DNA from: Candidatus Oxydemutator sp.
GTDB taxonomy: Bacteria; Pseudomonadota; Gammaproteobacteria; Poriferisulfidales; Oxydemutatoraceae
Assembly: GCA_965203445.1 (NCBI GenBank)
Contig: OZ241883.1
Span: 1,088,001-1,152,000, forward strand
Reading direction: 5' to 3'
Length of the DNA: 64,000 nucleotides
Below are positions 1 through 12,200 of this stretch, one piece after another; within the stretch, counting starts at the first letter, position 1, and each line of letters starts with the position of its first letter. The notes beneath the pieces were generated by a model that was not told where the DNA came from, searched no databases, and saw only the letters and a list, made by a program, of their open reading frames with translations. The position numbers were made by a program, and so were the translations under genes.

Positions 1-188
1 AGCACGTCTATTTCCGCGGCGAAAGCCACCGCTTCCGGGTGCGGCACGACAAGGTGGTGAGCTACGACCCGTTGCCCGACGGTTTCGAGTTGACTCGAGA
101 TCGGATGAACGCCCGCCCGGAGCGTTTCTACGTCGGCGACGGCTGGTTCGTCTACAACTTGTTGATAAACGCCCAGGATCTGGAATGA
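1..188 (+). CDS. 3' end of a hypothetical protein (possibly PH-like domain), cut by the window edge
   Basis: Open frame from base 3: HVYFRGESHRFRVRHDKVVSYDPLPDGFELTRDRMNARPERFYVGDGWFVYNLLINAQDLE, TGA at 186-188; GC-rich codon usage. Confidence 0.6.
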   Translation, partial: HVYFRGESHRFRVRHDKVVSYDPLPDGFELTRDRMNARPERFYVGDGWFVYNLLINAQDLE

Positions 189-317
189 ACCGCCTCGCCC
201 GCACCGATGGGCGGTAGCGGCAAGCGCGCGCAAACGTGATAATATTGAGGGTCGCTGGACGGACTCGTCCGCAAGCCGGAAGACCGCAACCACAGGAGGG
301 AGGAATAACACGGAAAC

Positions 318-524
318 ATGAAGAAAAAACGCAACTCCGACAACGACGAATACAACCCTGACCGGTTGTATACGGTGCATGAACACGGTATGAGATTGAA
401 CTACGACGAACTGCTGAAACAACCGGGGTTCAAAGAAAAGCTCAAAAGACTGAAGGAAGTTGGCGATGCCGCAATCAAGGCAAGAGAGGCGCAGCTCCGG
501 CGGGATAATAAGAGTGGCAAGTGA
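318..524 (+). CDS. Small basic hypothetical protein (68 aa), low GC
   Basis: ATG with GGAGG upstream; its stop overlaps the next start (GTGA). Confidence 0.6.
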   Translation: MKKKRNSDNDEYNPDRLYTVHEHGMRLNYDELLKQPGFKEKLKRLKEVGDAAIKAREAQLRRDNKSGK

Positions 525-1300
525 ACCAGGTTGGTTTTGGTGCATTGCTGCCCCTTCTGCTCGTGCTGACGAGCGGATGGGGGCTGTTGCAGTCGCACTA
601 CGGCAAAACTTTTGTCTGGTGGCAATCAGGCTATAACCTGTATTTTCGCATTGCTTTCGCCGGCCTCCTCTGCTTCTTTTTCACCATCATCCTGGTGGTG
701 GCCTTTGCGCCACTTGGTTTCCTGCTCGAATTTCCTTGTACTGGCGGCGACGATGCCTTCGTCTCGTCGCTCCTCCAGTGCCGAAACGAGATACTTTTTA
801 TCGCTGCCTGGATGACTCCGGTACTCGGGCTGTCTGGCTATATCCTCGCCAACGTTATTTGGCAAGCAGATAGTCAGAGCATAGAAAAAAAACACAAGGT
901 GATTATTCAGGGGAAAGAATTAGAGGGATATATCAAGAGAACTCTGGAGAAACATCCTTTTTTGTCGATCACGTTGGATAACAGAAAAGTATATGTCGGC
1001 ATAGTATCCAATACTTTCCACTTTAACGAGTTGGATAAGGAAGAGAAATATCTTCGATTGAAAGTAAATTTCAGCGGATACCGGGGCGATGCTGATTTGC
1101 AGTTCCGAATCTCCGTGGGATATATGAATGAAAAACCACAAACTGGTGGTGAGAATTTGGGAAGTGAAGCCTCGCTGATGGAAGGCCAGGAAATAATCGT
1201 TCCCGTCAGGAAAGTCGTGTCTATCCAGCCCTTTGACCCGGAAGTCTATGCAAAATATGCAGAAAAATTCCCCAGGATGCAGCAAGCCCATGTCCAATGA
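521..1300 (+). CDS. Hypothetical membrane protein (about 3 N-terminal TM segments plus a soluble domain with RKVYVG and SGYR motifs), low GC
   Basis: 259-aa ORF with hydrophobic N-terminal half; AT-richer than flanks; 3' end overlaps nqrC start. Confidence 0.75.
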   Translation: MNQVGFGALLPLLLVLTSGWGLLQSHYGKTFVWWQSGYNLYFRIAFAGLLCFFFTIILVVAFAPLGFLLEFPCTGGDDAFVSSLLQCRNEILFIAAWMTPVLGLSGYILANVIWQADSQSIEKKHKVIIQGKELEGYIKRTLEKHPFLSITLDNRKVYVGIVSNTFHFNELDKEEKYLRLKVNFSGYRGDADLQFRISVGYMNEKPQTGGENLGSEASLMEGQEIIVPVRKVVSIQPFDPEVYAKYAEKFPRMQQAHVQ

Positions 1301-2060
1301 TTCCGTTCTGAAGACGCTGATCGTCACGGTCACGTTGTGCGTGGTTTGTTCGGTGGTGGTGTCGACCGCGGCCGTGGCGTTGCGGCCGTTGCAGGAGCGC
1401 AATCAGGTCGCGGCGTTGAACGAGAGCGTCCGCGAGGTCGCGGGGCTGCCCGCGGCGCCGTCCGGCGGCGCCAACGCGCCCACGGTGGAGGCGCGGGTCG
1501 TCAGCCTGATCAGCGGCAGATACGTGGATGATCCCGCGGCCGCCGATTTCGACATGATCGAGGCCGCGCGCGACCCGGAGTTGAGCGGCACCCTGGCCGA
1601 CGCCGACGACGTCGCCCGCATCCGGCGCCTGCCGCATTTTGCGAAGATCTATTTAGTGCGCCGCGGCGCCGAGGTGAGCAGGATGGTGCTGCCGCTGTAC
1701 GGCTACGGCCTGTGGTCCACGCTCTACGGTTTTATCGCGCTGGAGGCTGACGCCAACACGGTGCATGGGCTACAATTCTACCAGCACGGCGAGACGCCCG
1801 GCCTGGGCGGGCGCGTGGACGATCCGGCGTGGCGCGCGCTGTGGGAGGGCAAGCGGATCTATGACGAAGGCCCGCATCCGGTGCTCGAAGTCGTCAAGGG
1901 CAGGGTGCGTGCCGGCGACGGGCGCGCCGCCTGGAAGGTGGACGGCCTGTCGGGGGCGACGATAACCGGCAACGGCGTCGGCAACATGATCCGATTCTGG
2001 TTCGGCGATCTGGGCTATCGGAGATTTCTCGAAAACTACCGCTCCGGGGAGGCGGGTTGA
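1290..2060 (+). CDS. nqrC: Na+-translocating NADH:quinone reductase subunit C
   Basis: N-terminal TM ([16 protein letters not shown]), [18 protein letters not shown], flavinylation motif DGLSGATIT; start placed at ATG 1290 (MSNDS). Confidence 0.92.
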   Translation: MSNDSVLKTLIVTVTLCVVCSVVVSTAAVALRPLQERNQVAALNESVREVAGLPAAPSGGANAPTVEARVVSLISGRYVDDPAAADFDMIEAARDPELSGTLADADDVARIRRLPHFAKIYLVRRGAEVSRMVLPLYGYGLWSTLYGFIALEADANTVHGLQFYQHGETPGLGGRVDDPAWRALWEGKRIYDEGPHPVLEVVKGRVRAGDGRAAWKVDGLSGATITGNGVGNMIRFWFGDLGYRRFLENYRSGEAG

Positions 2061-2062
2061 CG

Positions 2063-2716
2063 ATGGCATGGCGTGACAACAAAAAGGTTCTGCTCGATCC
2101 GTTGGTCGACGACAATCCGATCACGCTGCAAATTCTGGGGATTTGCTCGGCGCTTGCGGTCACGACGACGCTGGCGGCCTCGCTTATCATGTGTCTTGCG
2201 CTGACGTCGGTGCTGGCGCTGTCCAACGCCTCGATCAGCATGATCCGGCGCCACGTCCCGACCAACGTGCGCATCATCGTGCAGATGACGATCATCGCCT
2301 CGCTGGTGATCCTGGCCGACCAGATATTGAAGGCCTACGTCTATGACATCAGCAAGACGCTGTCGGTTTTCGTCGGTCTCATCATCACCAACTGCATCGT
2401 GCTCGGGCGCGCCGAGGCGTACGCGATGAAGAACCCGCCGGGGCCGAGTTTCCTCGACGGACTGGGCAACGGTCTCGGCTACAGTTTCGTGTTGATCGTC
2501 GTCGGCGGCGTGCGCGAGCTGTTCGGTTCCGGCACGCTCCTGGGCTACCCGCTGCTGCCGCTGGTTTCCGACGGCGGCTGGTATCAGGCCAACGGTCTGC
2601 TGCTGCTGCCGCCGAGCGCGTTTTTCATCATCGGCGGCATGATCTGGGTCATCCGCTCGTGCCGGCCGCAGCAGGTCGAGCAGCCCGAGTTCCGCATCCG
2701 AACCCAGGCGGCCTGA
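2063..2716 (+). CDS. nqrD: Na+-NQR subunit D
   Basis: [44 protein letters not shown]. Confidence 0.95.
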   Translation: MAWRDNKKVLLDPLVDDNPITLQILGICSALAVTTTLAASLIMCLALTSVLALSNASISMIRRHVPTNVRIIVQMTIIASLVILADQILKAYVYDISKTLSVFVGLIITNCIVLGRAEAYAMKNPPGPSFLDGLGNGLGYSFVLIVVGGVRELFGSGTLLGYPLLPLVSDGGWYQANGLLLLPPSAFFIIGGMIWVIRSCRPQQVEQPEFRIRTQAA

Positions 2717-2734
2717 GACGATGGAAGCGTAGCC

Positions 2735-3343
2735 ATGGAAGCGTATCTGCAACTGCTGGTGCAGTCGGTTTTCGTCGAGAACCTGGCGCTCGCCTTTTTC
2801 CTCGGCATGTGCACCTTTCTTGCGATCTCGAAGAAGATCGAGAACGCGGTCGGGCTGGGCATAGCCGTCACCGTGGTGCAGGGGTTGACGGTGCCGGTCA
2901 ACAACCTGATCTACCAGTTTCTGCTGAAAAAGGGCGCGCTGGCGTGGGCCGGCCTGCCGGCGCTCGATCTGTCCTTCCTCGGTTTCATCAGCTACATCGG
3001 CGTCATCGCCGCGGTCGTGCAGATATTGGAAATGCTGCTCGACCGTTTCTTCCCGGCGCTCTACAACGCGCTCGGCATCTTCCTGCCGCTGATCACGGTC
3101 AACTGCGCGATCCTCGGCGGCTCGCTGTTCATGGTCGAGCGCAGTTACGACTTCGGCGAGAGCGTCGTCTATGGTTTCGGCAGCGGCCTCGGCTGGGCGC
3201 TTGCGATTGTGGCCCTCGCCGGCATCCGCGAGAAGCTCAAATACAGCGACGTGCCGCCGGCGTTGCAGGGGCTCGGCATCACGTTCATCACGGTCGGCCT
3301 GATGTCGCTCGGCTTCATGGCGTTTTCGGGCATCCAGTTCTGA
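2735..3343 (+). CDS. nqrE: Na+-NQR subunit E
   Basis: [46 protein letters not shown]. Confidence 0.96.
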   Translation: MEAYLQLLVQSVFVENLALAFFLGMCTFLAISKKIENAVGLGIAVTVVQGLTVPVNNLIYQFLLKKGALAWAGLPALDLSFLGFISYIGVIAAVVQILEMLLDRFFPALYNALGIFLPLITVNCAILGGSLFMVERSYDFGESVVYGFGSGLGWALAIVALAGIREKLKYSDVPPALQGLGITFITVGLMSLGFMAFSGIQF

Positions 3344-3364
3344 TGCGGGCGGTGTAGCGCGGCC

Positions 3365-4579
3365 ATGCTGGAAATCGCACTCGGAGTCGGGTTTTTCACC
3401 GCCATAGTGTTGTTGCTGGTGTTCGTGATACTCGCCGCCAGGGCGCGTCTGGTGGTGCTCGGCGACGCGCGCCTGGTGGTCAACAGCGAGAAAGAGTTTC
3501 GCGTGCCGGTGGGTTCCAGGCTGCTGACCGCGCTCGCCGACAACCAGCTGTTCGTGTCCTCGGCCTGCGGCGGCGGCGGCACCTGCGCGCTGTGCCGCGT
3601 GCGCGTACTGTCCGGCGGCGGCGCCATCCTGCCGACCGAGACCGCCCACATCACCAAGCGCGAGGCGCGCAACGGCGAGCGCCTGTCGTGCCAGGTCGCG
3701 GTCAAGCGCGACATGGAGATCGAGGTGCCGCCCGAGGTCTTCGGCTGCCGCCAGTGGCGTTGCCGCGTGCGCTCGAACGACAACGTCGCCACCTTCATCA
3801 AGAATCTGGTGCTCGAACTGCCGTCGGGCGAGGCCGTGGATTTCCGCGCCGGCGGCTACGTCCAGATCGAATGTCCGCCGCACGCGGTCTCGTTCGCCGA
3901 CTTCGACGTCGCCGAGGAATACCGCGACGCCTGGGATCGGTTCGATTTCTGGAAATGCCGGTCGCTCTGCGACGCGCCCGTGTCGCGCGCCTACTCGATG
4001 GCCAACTACCCGGACGAGAAGGGCGTCATCATGTTGAACGTGCGCATCGCGACGCCGCCGCGCCCGGAACTGCCGCCGGGCGTCATGAGCTCGTATCTGT
4101 TCAGCCTGAAGCCGGGCGACGAGGTCACAATCTCGGGCCCCTTCGGCGAGTTCTTCGCCAAGGACACCGCCAACGAAATGATCTTCATCGGCGGCGGCGC
4201 CGGCATGGCGCCGATGCGCTCGCACATCTTCGATCAGTTGCAGCGCATCCACAGCGACCGCCGCATCGGTTTCTGGTACGGTGCGCGCAGCTACCGCGAG
4301 CTGTTCTTCGTCGAGGACTTCGACCGCCTGGCGCGCGAGCACGACAACTTCGACTGGAAGATCGCGCTGTCCGATCCGCAGCCCGAGGACGACTGGGACG
4401 GGCTGACCGGCTTCATCCACCAGGTGCTCTACGAGCGCTACCTGAAATCGCATCCGGCGCCGGAGGACTGCGAGTACTACATCTGCGGGCCGCCGATGAT
4501 GAACGCCGCCGTCATCAACATGCTCCACGATCTGGGCGTCGAGGAAGAAAACATTCTGTTCGACGACTTCGGGGGCTGA
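3365..4579 (+). CDS. nqrF: Na+-NQR subunit F
   Basis: 2Fe-2S motif [41 protein letters not shown]-terminal DDFGG. Confidence 0.97.
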   Translation: MLEIALGVGFFTAIVLLLVFVILAARARLVVLGDARLVVNSEKEFRVPVGSRLLTALADNQLFVSSACGGGGTCALCRVRVLSGGGAILPTETAHITKREARNGERLSCQVAVKRDMEIEVPPEVFGCRQWRCRVRSNDNVATFIKNLVLELPSGEAVDFRAGGYVQIECPPHAVSFADFDVAEEYRDAWDRFDFWKCRSLCDAPVSRAYSMANYPDEKGVIMLNVRIATPPRPELPPGVMSSYLFSLKPGDEVTISGPFGEFFAKDTANEMIFIGGGAGMAPMRSHIFDQLQRIHSDRRIGFWYGARSYRELFFVEDFDRLAREHDNFDWKIALSDPQPEDDWDGLTGFIHQVLYERYLKSHPAPEDCEYYICGPPMMNAAVINMLHDLGVEEENILFDDFGG

Positions 4580-5625
4580 TGCTCGTGCGCCGCAAGCAGC
4601 CGCTTCGCCGTCTCGCCGCCGCGCTCGTCGCCGTCATCACGACGCTCGCCGCCTGCGACTCTGCGCCGCCGCCGGCGCAGCACGCGCTTGCGGGCGAGAC
4701 CATGGGCACGACGTGGTCGGTCAAACTGTTCGACGCCGTCTCCGACGCCGAATACGAGCGTCTGGCCGCGGATCTGGGCGCGTTGTTCGACGATCTGGAC
4801 GCCAAGCTTTCCACATGGGACGAGGACTCCGAGCTGAGCCGCTTCAACCGCTCGCGCGACACCGGATGGCGCCCGGTTTCGGTCGAGATCGCGGAAATCG
4901 TCGGCGCGGCGCGGCGCATCAGCGATCATACGCGCGGCGCCTTCGACGTTACGGTGGCGCCGGTCGTCGCGTTGTGGGGTTTTGGCGCGGACGCCGGCGA
5001 GCGCTATGTCCCGGCGCGCGAGTTGCTGGCCGAGCGCATGGCCGCGGTCGGTTACCGCCATCTGTCGGCGCGCCTCGACCCGCCCGCGCTGCGCAAGGCG
5101 CTGCCGGCGTTGCAGGTGGATTTGTCGGCCATCGCCAAGGGCTACGCCGCCGACCGCGCGGCGTCGCTGATAGCGGCGCGCGGCGTCGTCAATTACCTGG
5201 CCGAGGTCGGCGGCGAACTGCGGGCCTCGGGCGTCAGCCGGCAGTTGCAGCCGTGGCGCGTCGGCGTCGAGAAGCCGGCGCCCGGCTGGCGCGAGACGAT
5301 GCGCGTGGTCGAGTTACAGGGGCGCGGCATCGCCACCTCCGGCGATTATCGCAACTTTATCGAGCTCGACGGCAGGCGCTATTCGCACGAGATTGATCCG
5401 CGCACCGGAGAGCCGGTGCCGTACCGCGGCGCGTCGCTTACGGTCATCGCCGACACCGCGATGGAGGCGGACGCCTGGGCCACCGGCCTGTTCGTGCTCG
5501 GCGGCGACGAGGCGCTGTCCATCGCCGAGGCGCACGGGCTTGCGGTGTATTTCATAGAGCAGAAGGCGGACGGTTTTTCGCAGGTATTCAACGACGCCTT
5601 CGCCGAACATATAGTGACGCCGTGA
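4579..5625 (+). CDS. apbE: FAD:protein FMN transferase, lipoprotein
   Basis: Lipobox LAAC, GETMGTTW, DLSAIAKGY, ATSGDYRNF, YSHEIDPRTG; ATG overlaps nqrF stop. Confidence 0.95.
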   Translation: MLVRRKQPLRRLAAALVAVITTLAACDSAPPPAQHALAGETMGTTWSVKLFDAVSDAEYERLAADLGALFDDLDAKLSTWDEDSELSRFNRSRDTGWRPVSVEIAEIVGAARRISDHTRGAFDVTVAPVVALWGFGADAGERYVPARELLAERMAAVGYRHLSARLDPPALRKALPALQVDLSAIAKGYAADRAASLIAARGVVNYLAEVGGELRASGVSRQLQPWRVGVEKPAPGWRETMRVVELQGRGIATSGDYRNFIELDGRRYSHEIDPRTGEPVPYRGASLTVIADTAMEADAWATGLFVLGGDEALSIAEAHGLAVYFIEQKADGFSQVFNDAFAEHIVTP

Positions 5626-5652
5626 ACGTTCCCGTCCGGCTATGATGTACCC

Positions 5653-5850
5653 ATGATTTACGTTGTCAGTTGCATTGTGCTGCTGCTTGCGGTCGCGGGC
5701 ATGGCGGTGGGCGTCCTGTTCGGCGGCAAGCCGATTCGCGGCAGTTGCGGCGGTCTCGGTTGTTCCGCCTGTGCCGGCGACCGCTCGCGCTGTCCGCGCG
5801 CCGCGCCCTCACCGCCGTCCCTGTCCCAGAGGGAGAGGGGAGAAGATTGA
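5653..5850 (+). CDS. nqrM: Na+-NQR maturation factor NqrM
   Basis: TM helix followed by MAVGV...KPIRGSCGGL and further Cys residues; located after apbE. Confidence 0.85.
   Translation: MIYVVSCIVLLLAVAGMAVGVLFGGKPIRGSCGGLGCSACAGDRSRCPRAAPSPPSLSQRERGED
5806..5842. repeat. REP-like palindrome of the CCCTCTCCC-N3-GGGAGAGGG type
   Basis: ccctcacc...ccctgtcccagagggagagggg. Confidence 0.6.
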
Positions 5851-5899
5851 CCTGTCCCCCATAATCAGGGCCGCGCCACGTGAGAGATTATTCCCGTTA

Positions 5900-6015
5900 C
5901 AGTCGAAGCATGGGGGAATGGATGTAAGCGAAGCGAAATGCTTGAAGCAGTTGGAGGTCGAGAACACCGAGCGGAAGCACGTGCTAGCGGAAGTAGCGTT
6001 AGACAACAAAGCGTC
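5900..6015 (+). mobile_element. IS3-family transposase OrfA remnant
   Basis: SKHGGMDVSEAKCLKQLEVENTERKHVLAEVALDNKA resembles the IS3/IS407 OrfA C-terminal segment; no OrfB or ends seen. Confidence 0.75.
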
Positions 6016-6258
6016 GGATTATGTTGCGCCGGCCGTATTCCTGGAGAAGGCGGCCTGACGTGACGGAATTTCTCTCGATGGCGGTTGCCCTGATTTAAGC
6101 GAGAGATCAACCATTTGTCCAGAATGTGGCAGCCCTGGTACGGGGTTGCGCTAATCTACGAAATATGATATAGGCTGGCACTAACAACAGCGAGGTGCAT
6201 CCCGCTGAGACGTCTGCAGAGACCACGTGGCTTACTGAGGTTCCCGGCTTGTTTTTGG

Positions 6259-9200
6259 TTGGGAGGGGGGGTGGCTTGTTGCTTGAGTATTTGCACGGTA
6301 GCATTTGCGCAGACGACCGATTCCTATCAAGTCGGGTTTTCAGGCGGATCTATCTTCCACTCAGAGTCATTCTTCTCTCCCAGACCGAGTTTCATTCAAC
6401 TTTCCATCGGAGCGGGTTCAAGCCTGCCTACCACGTTGACCGCCGACGTCGTCATGCGTTGGCGGGTGACCACCCGCTCCGGCGTGGACAACCCGGCGGA
6501 ACCGGAAGATTTCCTGATCACCAGCGGCACGGTCACGTTTTCCGCCGGCATCGACGTCAGGCGTCCCGTATACCAGTCATTTTACGTGCCGATGCGTGAC
6601 GATAATCTCAACGAAGGTCAGGAGCAGTTCACTCTGCTCCTGGAAGTACTCGCCGGGCCCGCGACGACGTCGCTCGTACTTGCAAATACTCGAGACTCCG
6701 TAATTTTCGGGGACGAAAACGACCGGGCCGGCGTCGCCTTTGACTTCGAGGTCGGCGATCTTGCGGAAGGCTCGGCGACCACTTGGCATATCACGCTGTC
6801 GGATAGCGTACCGTTGGTGCCTTGGACTATGGATTACAGCGAGACGGGCGACGACGTTACGGACGCGGACTACAGGCTGATAGCCGTCTCCGGCGTCCGT
6901 TTCGAGGCGACGACTATAGGTGGCGGGTACGTCCACGTCGAGGCTGGCCCACTCACCAAGACCTTTATCGTCGAGATCGTGGACGACGGCTACAACGAAG
7001 CCCGCGAGGAGTTGAGGCTGCGATTTCGCAGACCCAAGAATCGCGAGGAAATCTATACGAACGCGATAGACGTGTCTCAGACGCTCACCATTCCCGCCAA
7101 CGACCCGACCACGTATTCGATGGAGGCGTCGTACCCGGGGATAGCCGAAGGCACTACCGCGGCATTTGTGGTGATCGCCGGCGGCGGCACGCCGACGGCG
7201 CCGGTGACCCTCGCGTGGAGCCTCGAAGGCACCGGCGTGAACCCCGCTAGCGCGTCTGATTTCGCACGTGTCTCGGGCATGGTGACGGTAACGCCCGGCG
7301 AGGCCCCGGCAATTCCGATACACGCGGTAAGGGACCGGTTCGCCGAGGAGAACGAGCAGTTCCGGTTGAACTTGGACGGCGCCTCTGGCGGGCGCCCGCA
7401 AGGCGGGGGCGCCATCGTCACCGGCCGGTCTTCGGGGTTGACGATGATCCTGTACAGCCTCGGGTCGGAAACGATGGGCCTGGAACGGGCCGCCTACACA
7501 ATCGAGGAAGGAAAAACCACGCAGGTGTGCGTAGTGGCGTCGCATCCCGTGCAGATGGATCGCGACGACTTCTATCTGTCGTTGTCCACCACGGCGACCG
7601 GGAGCGCCGTCGCCGATAGTCATTACGCCGCCTTTAGCGACCGCCTGGTCGGACCATTCAACGCCACCACGCAGCGCGCCTGTACGAGCGTCGAGGCGTT
7701 GGTGAACCTGCACGACGGCGGCGTCGAGGACTTTTCATTGGAGCTGAAGAAACCCGCCGGCCTTGCGCGGGTGGAGATCTCGACCGCCAGTGCGGCGGTG
7801 ACGATAACCAAAGGGGACGTGGTGGTGGCGGCGCTGAGCCGGGAATCGAGGTTCGGCGGAGCAGTCACCGATGAAAGCGAGTTTTCCATTATTCTCCACG
7901 TTGTATTGCTCGATACCGACGGCGGGAAGAATCCCATACAGTCACCTTGGCGAGAGGGCGCGATAATCGAATACAGATTGTCGGGCACGGCGCGCAGCGG
8001 GACGGAGACCGATGCCGCCCGCGATTACGCGGTCTTCTATATTCCCCCGGATAGCAGTGTATACGAGCCAGACGCCAAGTCATTTGACGTGGCGTCCTCG
8101 ACCGGGACGTTGCCGATCAACGTCAATAGTCAGCGGGGCGAGATCATCCTGGATCTGCACCAGGACAATCGCAACGAGGACGACGAGTATGTCACGATCG
8201 AATTGCTTCGGGTGGTGACCGGATCTTCGCGCATCCGCATTTTCGACTACGTCAGCAAGACCGCGACCACCATCATCGTCGACGACGATCCGATTGTGGT
8301 GCACGTGCAACCGCCGCCGCCGGCGGCGGAAGGCACCACCGCGGTGTACACCGTGTCGCTCGGCGCCGTCCCGACGCGCCCGGTGCGCGTTCCGTACCTC
8401 GTTACCACGAGCACCGAGACGACGACGCCGCGCGCCGCGCCACAGGACTTCGTCGGAACCTTCCCGCGCGCGGGCGCGCTGGTGTTCACGGAGGACGATT
8501 TTGCGACCAGGAGCGTGTCCGTTCCGGTCAGCCACGACGGCCTGACGGAAGATGCCGAGTATTTTCATCTGGTTGTGACGTCGAGCGCGATTACCGGGAG
8601 CTACGGGGCTGCGCGCACGCCGACGACGAGGTCTGAAGCGACGATACTTGCGAGCAATCAGCTCGACGTGTCGGCGGGCATCCTGCCGATGGATCTCTTT
8701 GGCGGTAGCGGTACCGAGTTTGATCTTGCGTTCGACGGTGTAACGCTGACGATAGACCTGACCGATGCCAATGGCAATCTGACGACGCCGACGGCACCGG
8801 TGGCGATTGCCTACAGGCTGTCGGGGACCGCCGTGGGCGGCGCGGCCAGAGGCGCCGGGATAGACTACCACTACACGTTCGACTACGACGAGGCGACGTC
8901 ATTGGGCGTGGCGATGATCACTCCGAGCAACCGATTCCCGGGCCGGGCGCTTTTGCCGATAACGGTAGTACCCGATCTGGTGAACGAGCCGAGCGAGGAA
9001 GTCAGGATAGAGTTGCGCGAGGTAACGATGGGCGGTTTGCTGGTGTCGTGGCCGCCGACGACGCCGAGCGCGAGTTTCACGATCCTGGACGATGATGCGA
9101 TTCGCTACGGGGTGGTCGTTGATCGGGTGCGCGTGTCCGAGGATGCGCAGGCGGTGGTGCGTTTCACGCTGGAGTTCAGGGAGGACAATCCCCGATACGC

Positions 9201-12200
9201 GTTGTTGAGGTCTGCGGGGGACATCGAGGTGCCCTATACGCTGACGGGTTCGGCGACGTATGGGGAGGATTACCGCGTCGTCGGATTGTCGTCGTCTAGG
9301 ACGATCCCGATAGCGGCGAGGGAGACGAGCACGTCGTTCGAGGTGGTGGTTTTGGATGACGCCAGCAACGAGGGTAGCGAGACGATCACGGTGTCGTTGG
9401 GTGAGCCGCCGATTATCGGCGTGGGTGCGGGGATAGTCTCGCGCAGCGCGACGCGGGGCGTGGCGACGGTAGTGATAGAGCGCAGTGATGCGGTTACGTA
9501 TTCGGTGGCGTCGCTGGTGTCGCGCGTGCGCGAGGGCGAGGACGCGGAGTTTGTGGTGGGATTGGAGGGCGGCGTGGCGGGTGCGCCGATAACGCTGACG
9601 TATGCGGTGTCTAGCAGCGATCCGAATCCGGGCGGTGCGGCGGACTTCGTGGGCGCGGCGACGGGCGAGGTGGCGATAGCGGCGGGCGTTAGCAGCGCGT
9701 CGCTGGCGATCCGTGTGGCGCAGGACGCGCGCGCGGAGTCCACCGAGACGCTGACGGTGCGCTTGACGGGTGTCGCGGTCGGCGACGGTGGCGGCGTCGT
9801 GGTCGCGGGGGTCACGTCGGCAAGCGTCGAGGTGTCGGCGAACGCGGCGACGTTGCGCACGTTCAGGGTTACCACGCGCACCGAGGTTGCGAGCGTCGGG
9901 GAGGGAGCCGTCGTCGGCTACGTGGTGACGTTGAGCGGCGCCGCGCCGGGCGCGGACGTGGACGTGGCGTGGGGGGTTGCGGGTATCGGTGTCAATCCGG
10001 CGTCGTCGGAAGATTTCGTGGCGGTGTCGGGCACGGTGAGGTTCACGCCGATGGATGCGTCGGGCAGCACGAGGGGTTTCGTGGTCGGGATAGCCGAGGA
10101 CACGCTGAACGAGGGAGACGAGAGATACGCGGTAGGGCTTACGATGCCGGACGCGGACTCGGCGGTGTCGGGGATGCCGGAGTTGACGATAACGGACGAC
10201 GTTGCTGATCGCCTGGAGCTTTCGATCAGTCGCATAGACGCCGGCGACTTGTCGGAGGGTGCGGTGGACGCGGCGGATCGTCGCGCCGAGTTTCGGGTGC
10301 AGGTGGGGGCCTCGACGGCCACGGCGGCGGTTACGTTTTCGTTGACGGTTACTGGAAGCGGGGTTACGTCCGGGGACTACGGCGGTGTGGTGGATGGCGC
10401 GCCGCTTGTGATTCGTGCGCCGAGCACGCGCATGGTGGTGGTGTTGGAGGCGTTGGACGACAACTTGAACGAGGGGGACGAGGAGTTGATAGTGGGTTTG
10501 GACGCCGGGGTGCGCAGCGCGGGTGCTGCGGGTCTGGTATCGGACGCGCGGATGACGACGGCCACGGCGACGATCAGTCGCAACGATGCGACGCTGGTGT
10601 CGGTGTCGGGGGTGGCGAGCGTCGGCGTGTCCGAGGGCAGCAGCGCGGTGTTTGCGTTGAGTCTGTCGGGCGGCGAGGCGACGTTGCCGGTGCTGGTTGA
10701 ATGGAGGGTTACGACGGGGGCGTCGGTCGGCGAGGCGTCGGACGAGGACTTTGAGCGAACGTCTGGGGTCTCGGAGTTTGCGGTGGGGACGACGACGGTT
10801 CGGGTGTATGTTGCGATACGCAGCGACGGTCTGGCCGAGGGGGTCGAGACGTATGATTTGAGGTTGTCGCGTGCGCGCGGCGGCGGTGGCGGGGGTGCGT
10901 CGGTGGATGCGGCGTCCGGGTCGGCGACGGGGACGATACTTGCGAGCAATCAGCTCGACGTGTCGGCTGGCATCCTGCCGATGGATCTCTTTGGCGGTAG
11001 CGGTACCGAGTTTGATCTTGCGTTCGACGGTGTAACGCTGACGATAGACCTGACCGATGCCAATGGCAATCTGACGACGCCGACGGCACCGGTGGCGATC
11101 ACCTACAGGCTGTCGGGGACGGCCGTGGGCGGCGCGGCTACCGAGGCGAGGCGGGATTACACGTGGCCCGTGGGTTACAGCTCGACGGCGTCATCGGGCG
11201 TGGCGGTGATCACTCCGAGCAACCGATTCCCGGGCCGGGCGCTTTTGCCGATAACGGTAGTACCCGATCTGGTGAACGAGCCGAGCGAGGAAGTCAGGAT
11301 AGAGTTGCGCGAGGTAACGATGGGCGGTTTGCTGGTGTCGTGGCCGCCGACGACGCCGAGCGCGAGTTTCACGATCCTGGACGATGATGCGATTCGCTAC
11401 GGGGTGGTCGTTGATCGGGTGCGCGTGTCCGAGGATGCGCAGGCGGTGGTGCGTTTCACGCTGGAGTTCAGGGAGGACAATCCCCGATACGCGTTGTTGA
11501 GGTCTGCGGGGGACATCGAGGTGCCCTATACGCTGACGGGTTCGGCGACGTATGGGGAGGATTACCGCGTCGTCGGATTGTCGTCGTCTAGGACGATCCC
11601 GATAGCGGCGAGGGAGACGAGCACGTCGTTCGAGGTGGTGGTTTTGGATGACGCCAGCAACGAGGGTAGCGAGACGATCACGGTGTCGTTGGGTGAGCCG
11701 CCGGTGGTGAGCACGGGCGCGGGGGTGGTTACGCGCAGCGCGACGCAGTTCATGGCGACGGTAGTGATAGAGCGCAGCGATGCGGTTACGTATTCGGTGG
11801 CGTCGCTGGTGTCGCGCGTGCGCGAGGGCGAGGACGCGGAGTTTGTGGTGGGATTGGAGGGCGGTGTGGCGGGTGCGCCGATAACGCTGACGTATGCGGT
11901 GTCTAGCAGCGATCCGAATCCGGGCGGTGCGGCGGACTTCGTGGGCGCGGCGACGGGCGAGGTGGCGATAGCGGCGGGCGTTAGCAGCGCGTCGCTGGCG
12001 ATCCGTGTGGCGCAGGACGCGCGTGCGGAGTCCGCCGAGACGCTGACGGTGCGCTTGACGGGTGTCGTGGTCGGCGCCGGCGGCGGCGTCGTGGTCGCGG
12101 GGGTCACGTCGGCAAGCGTCGAGGTGTCGGCGAACGCGGCGACGTTGCGCACGTTCAGGGTTACCACGCGCACCGAGGTTGCGAGCGTCGGGGAGGGCGC

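Noticed and set aside
2036-4528. 830-aa antisense ORF over nqrD-F and similar long shadow ORFs throughout
   Set aside because: Expected from high-GC codon bias opposite well-supported genes; no recognisable motifs.
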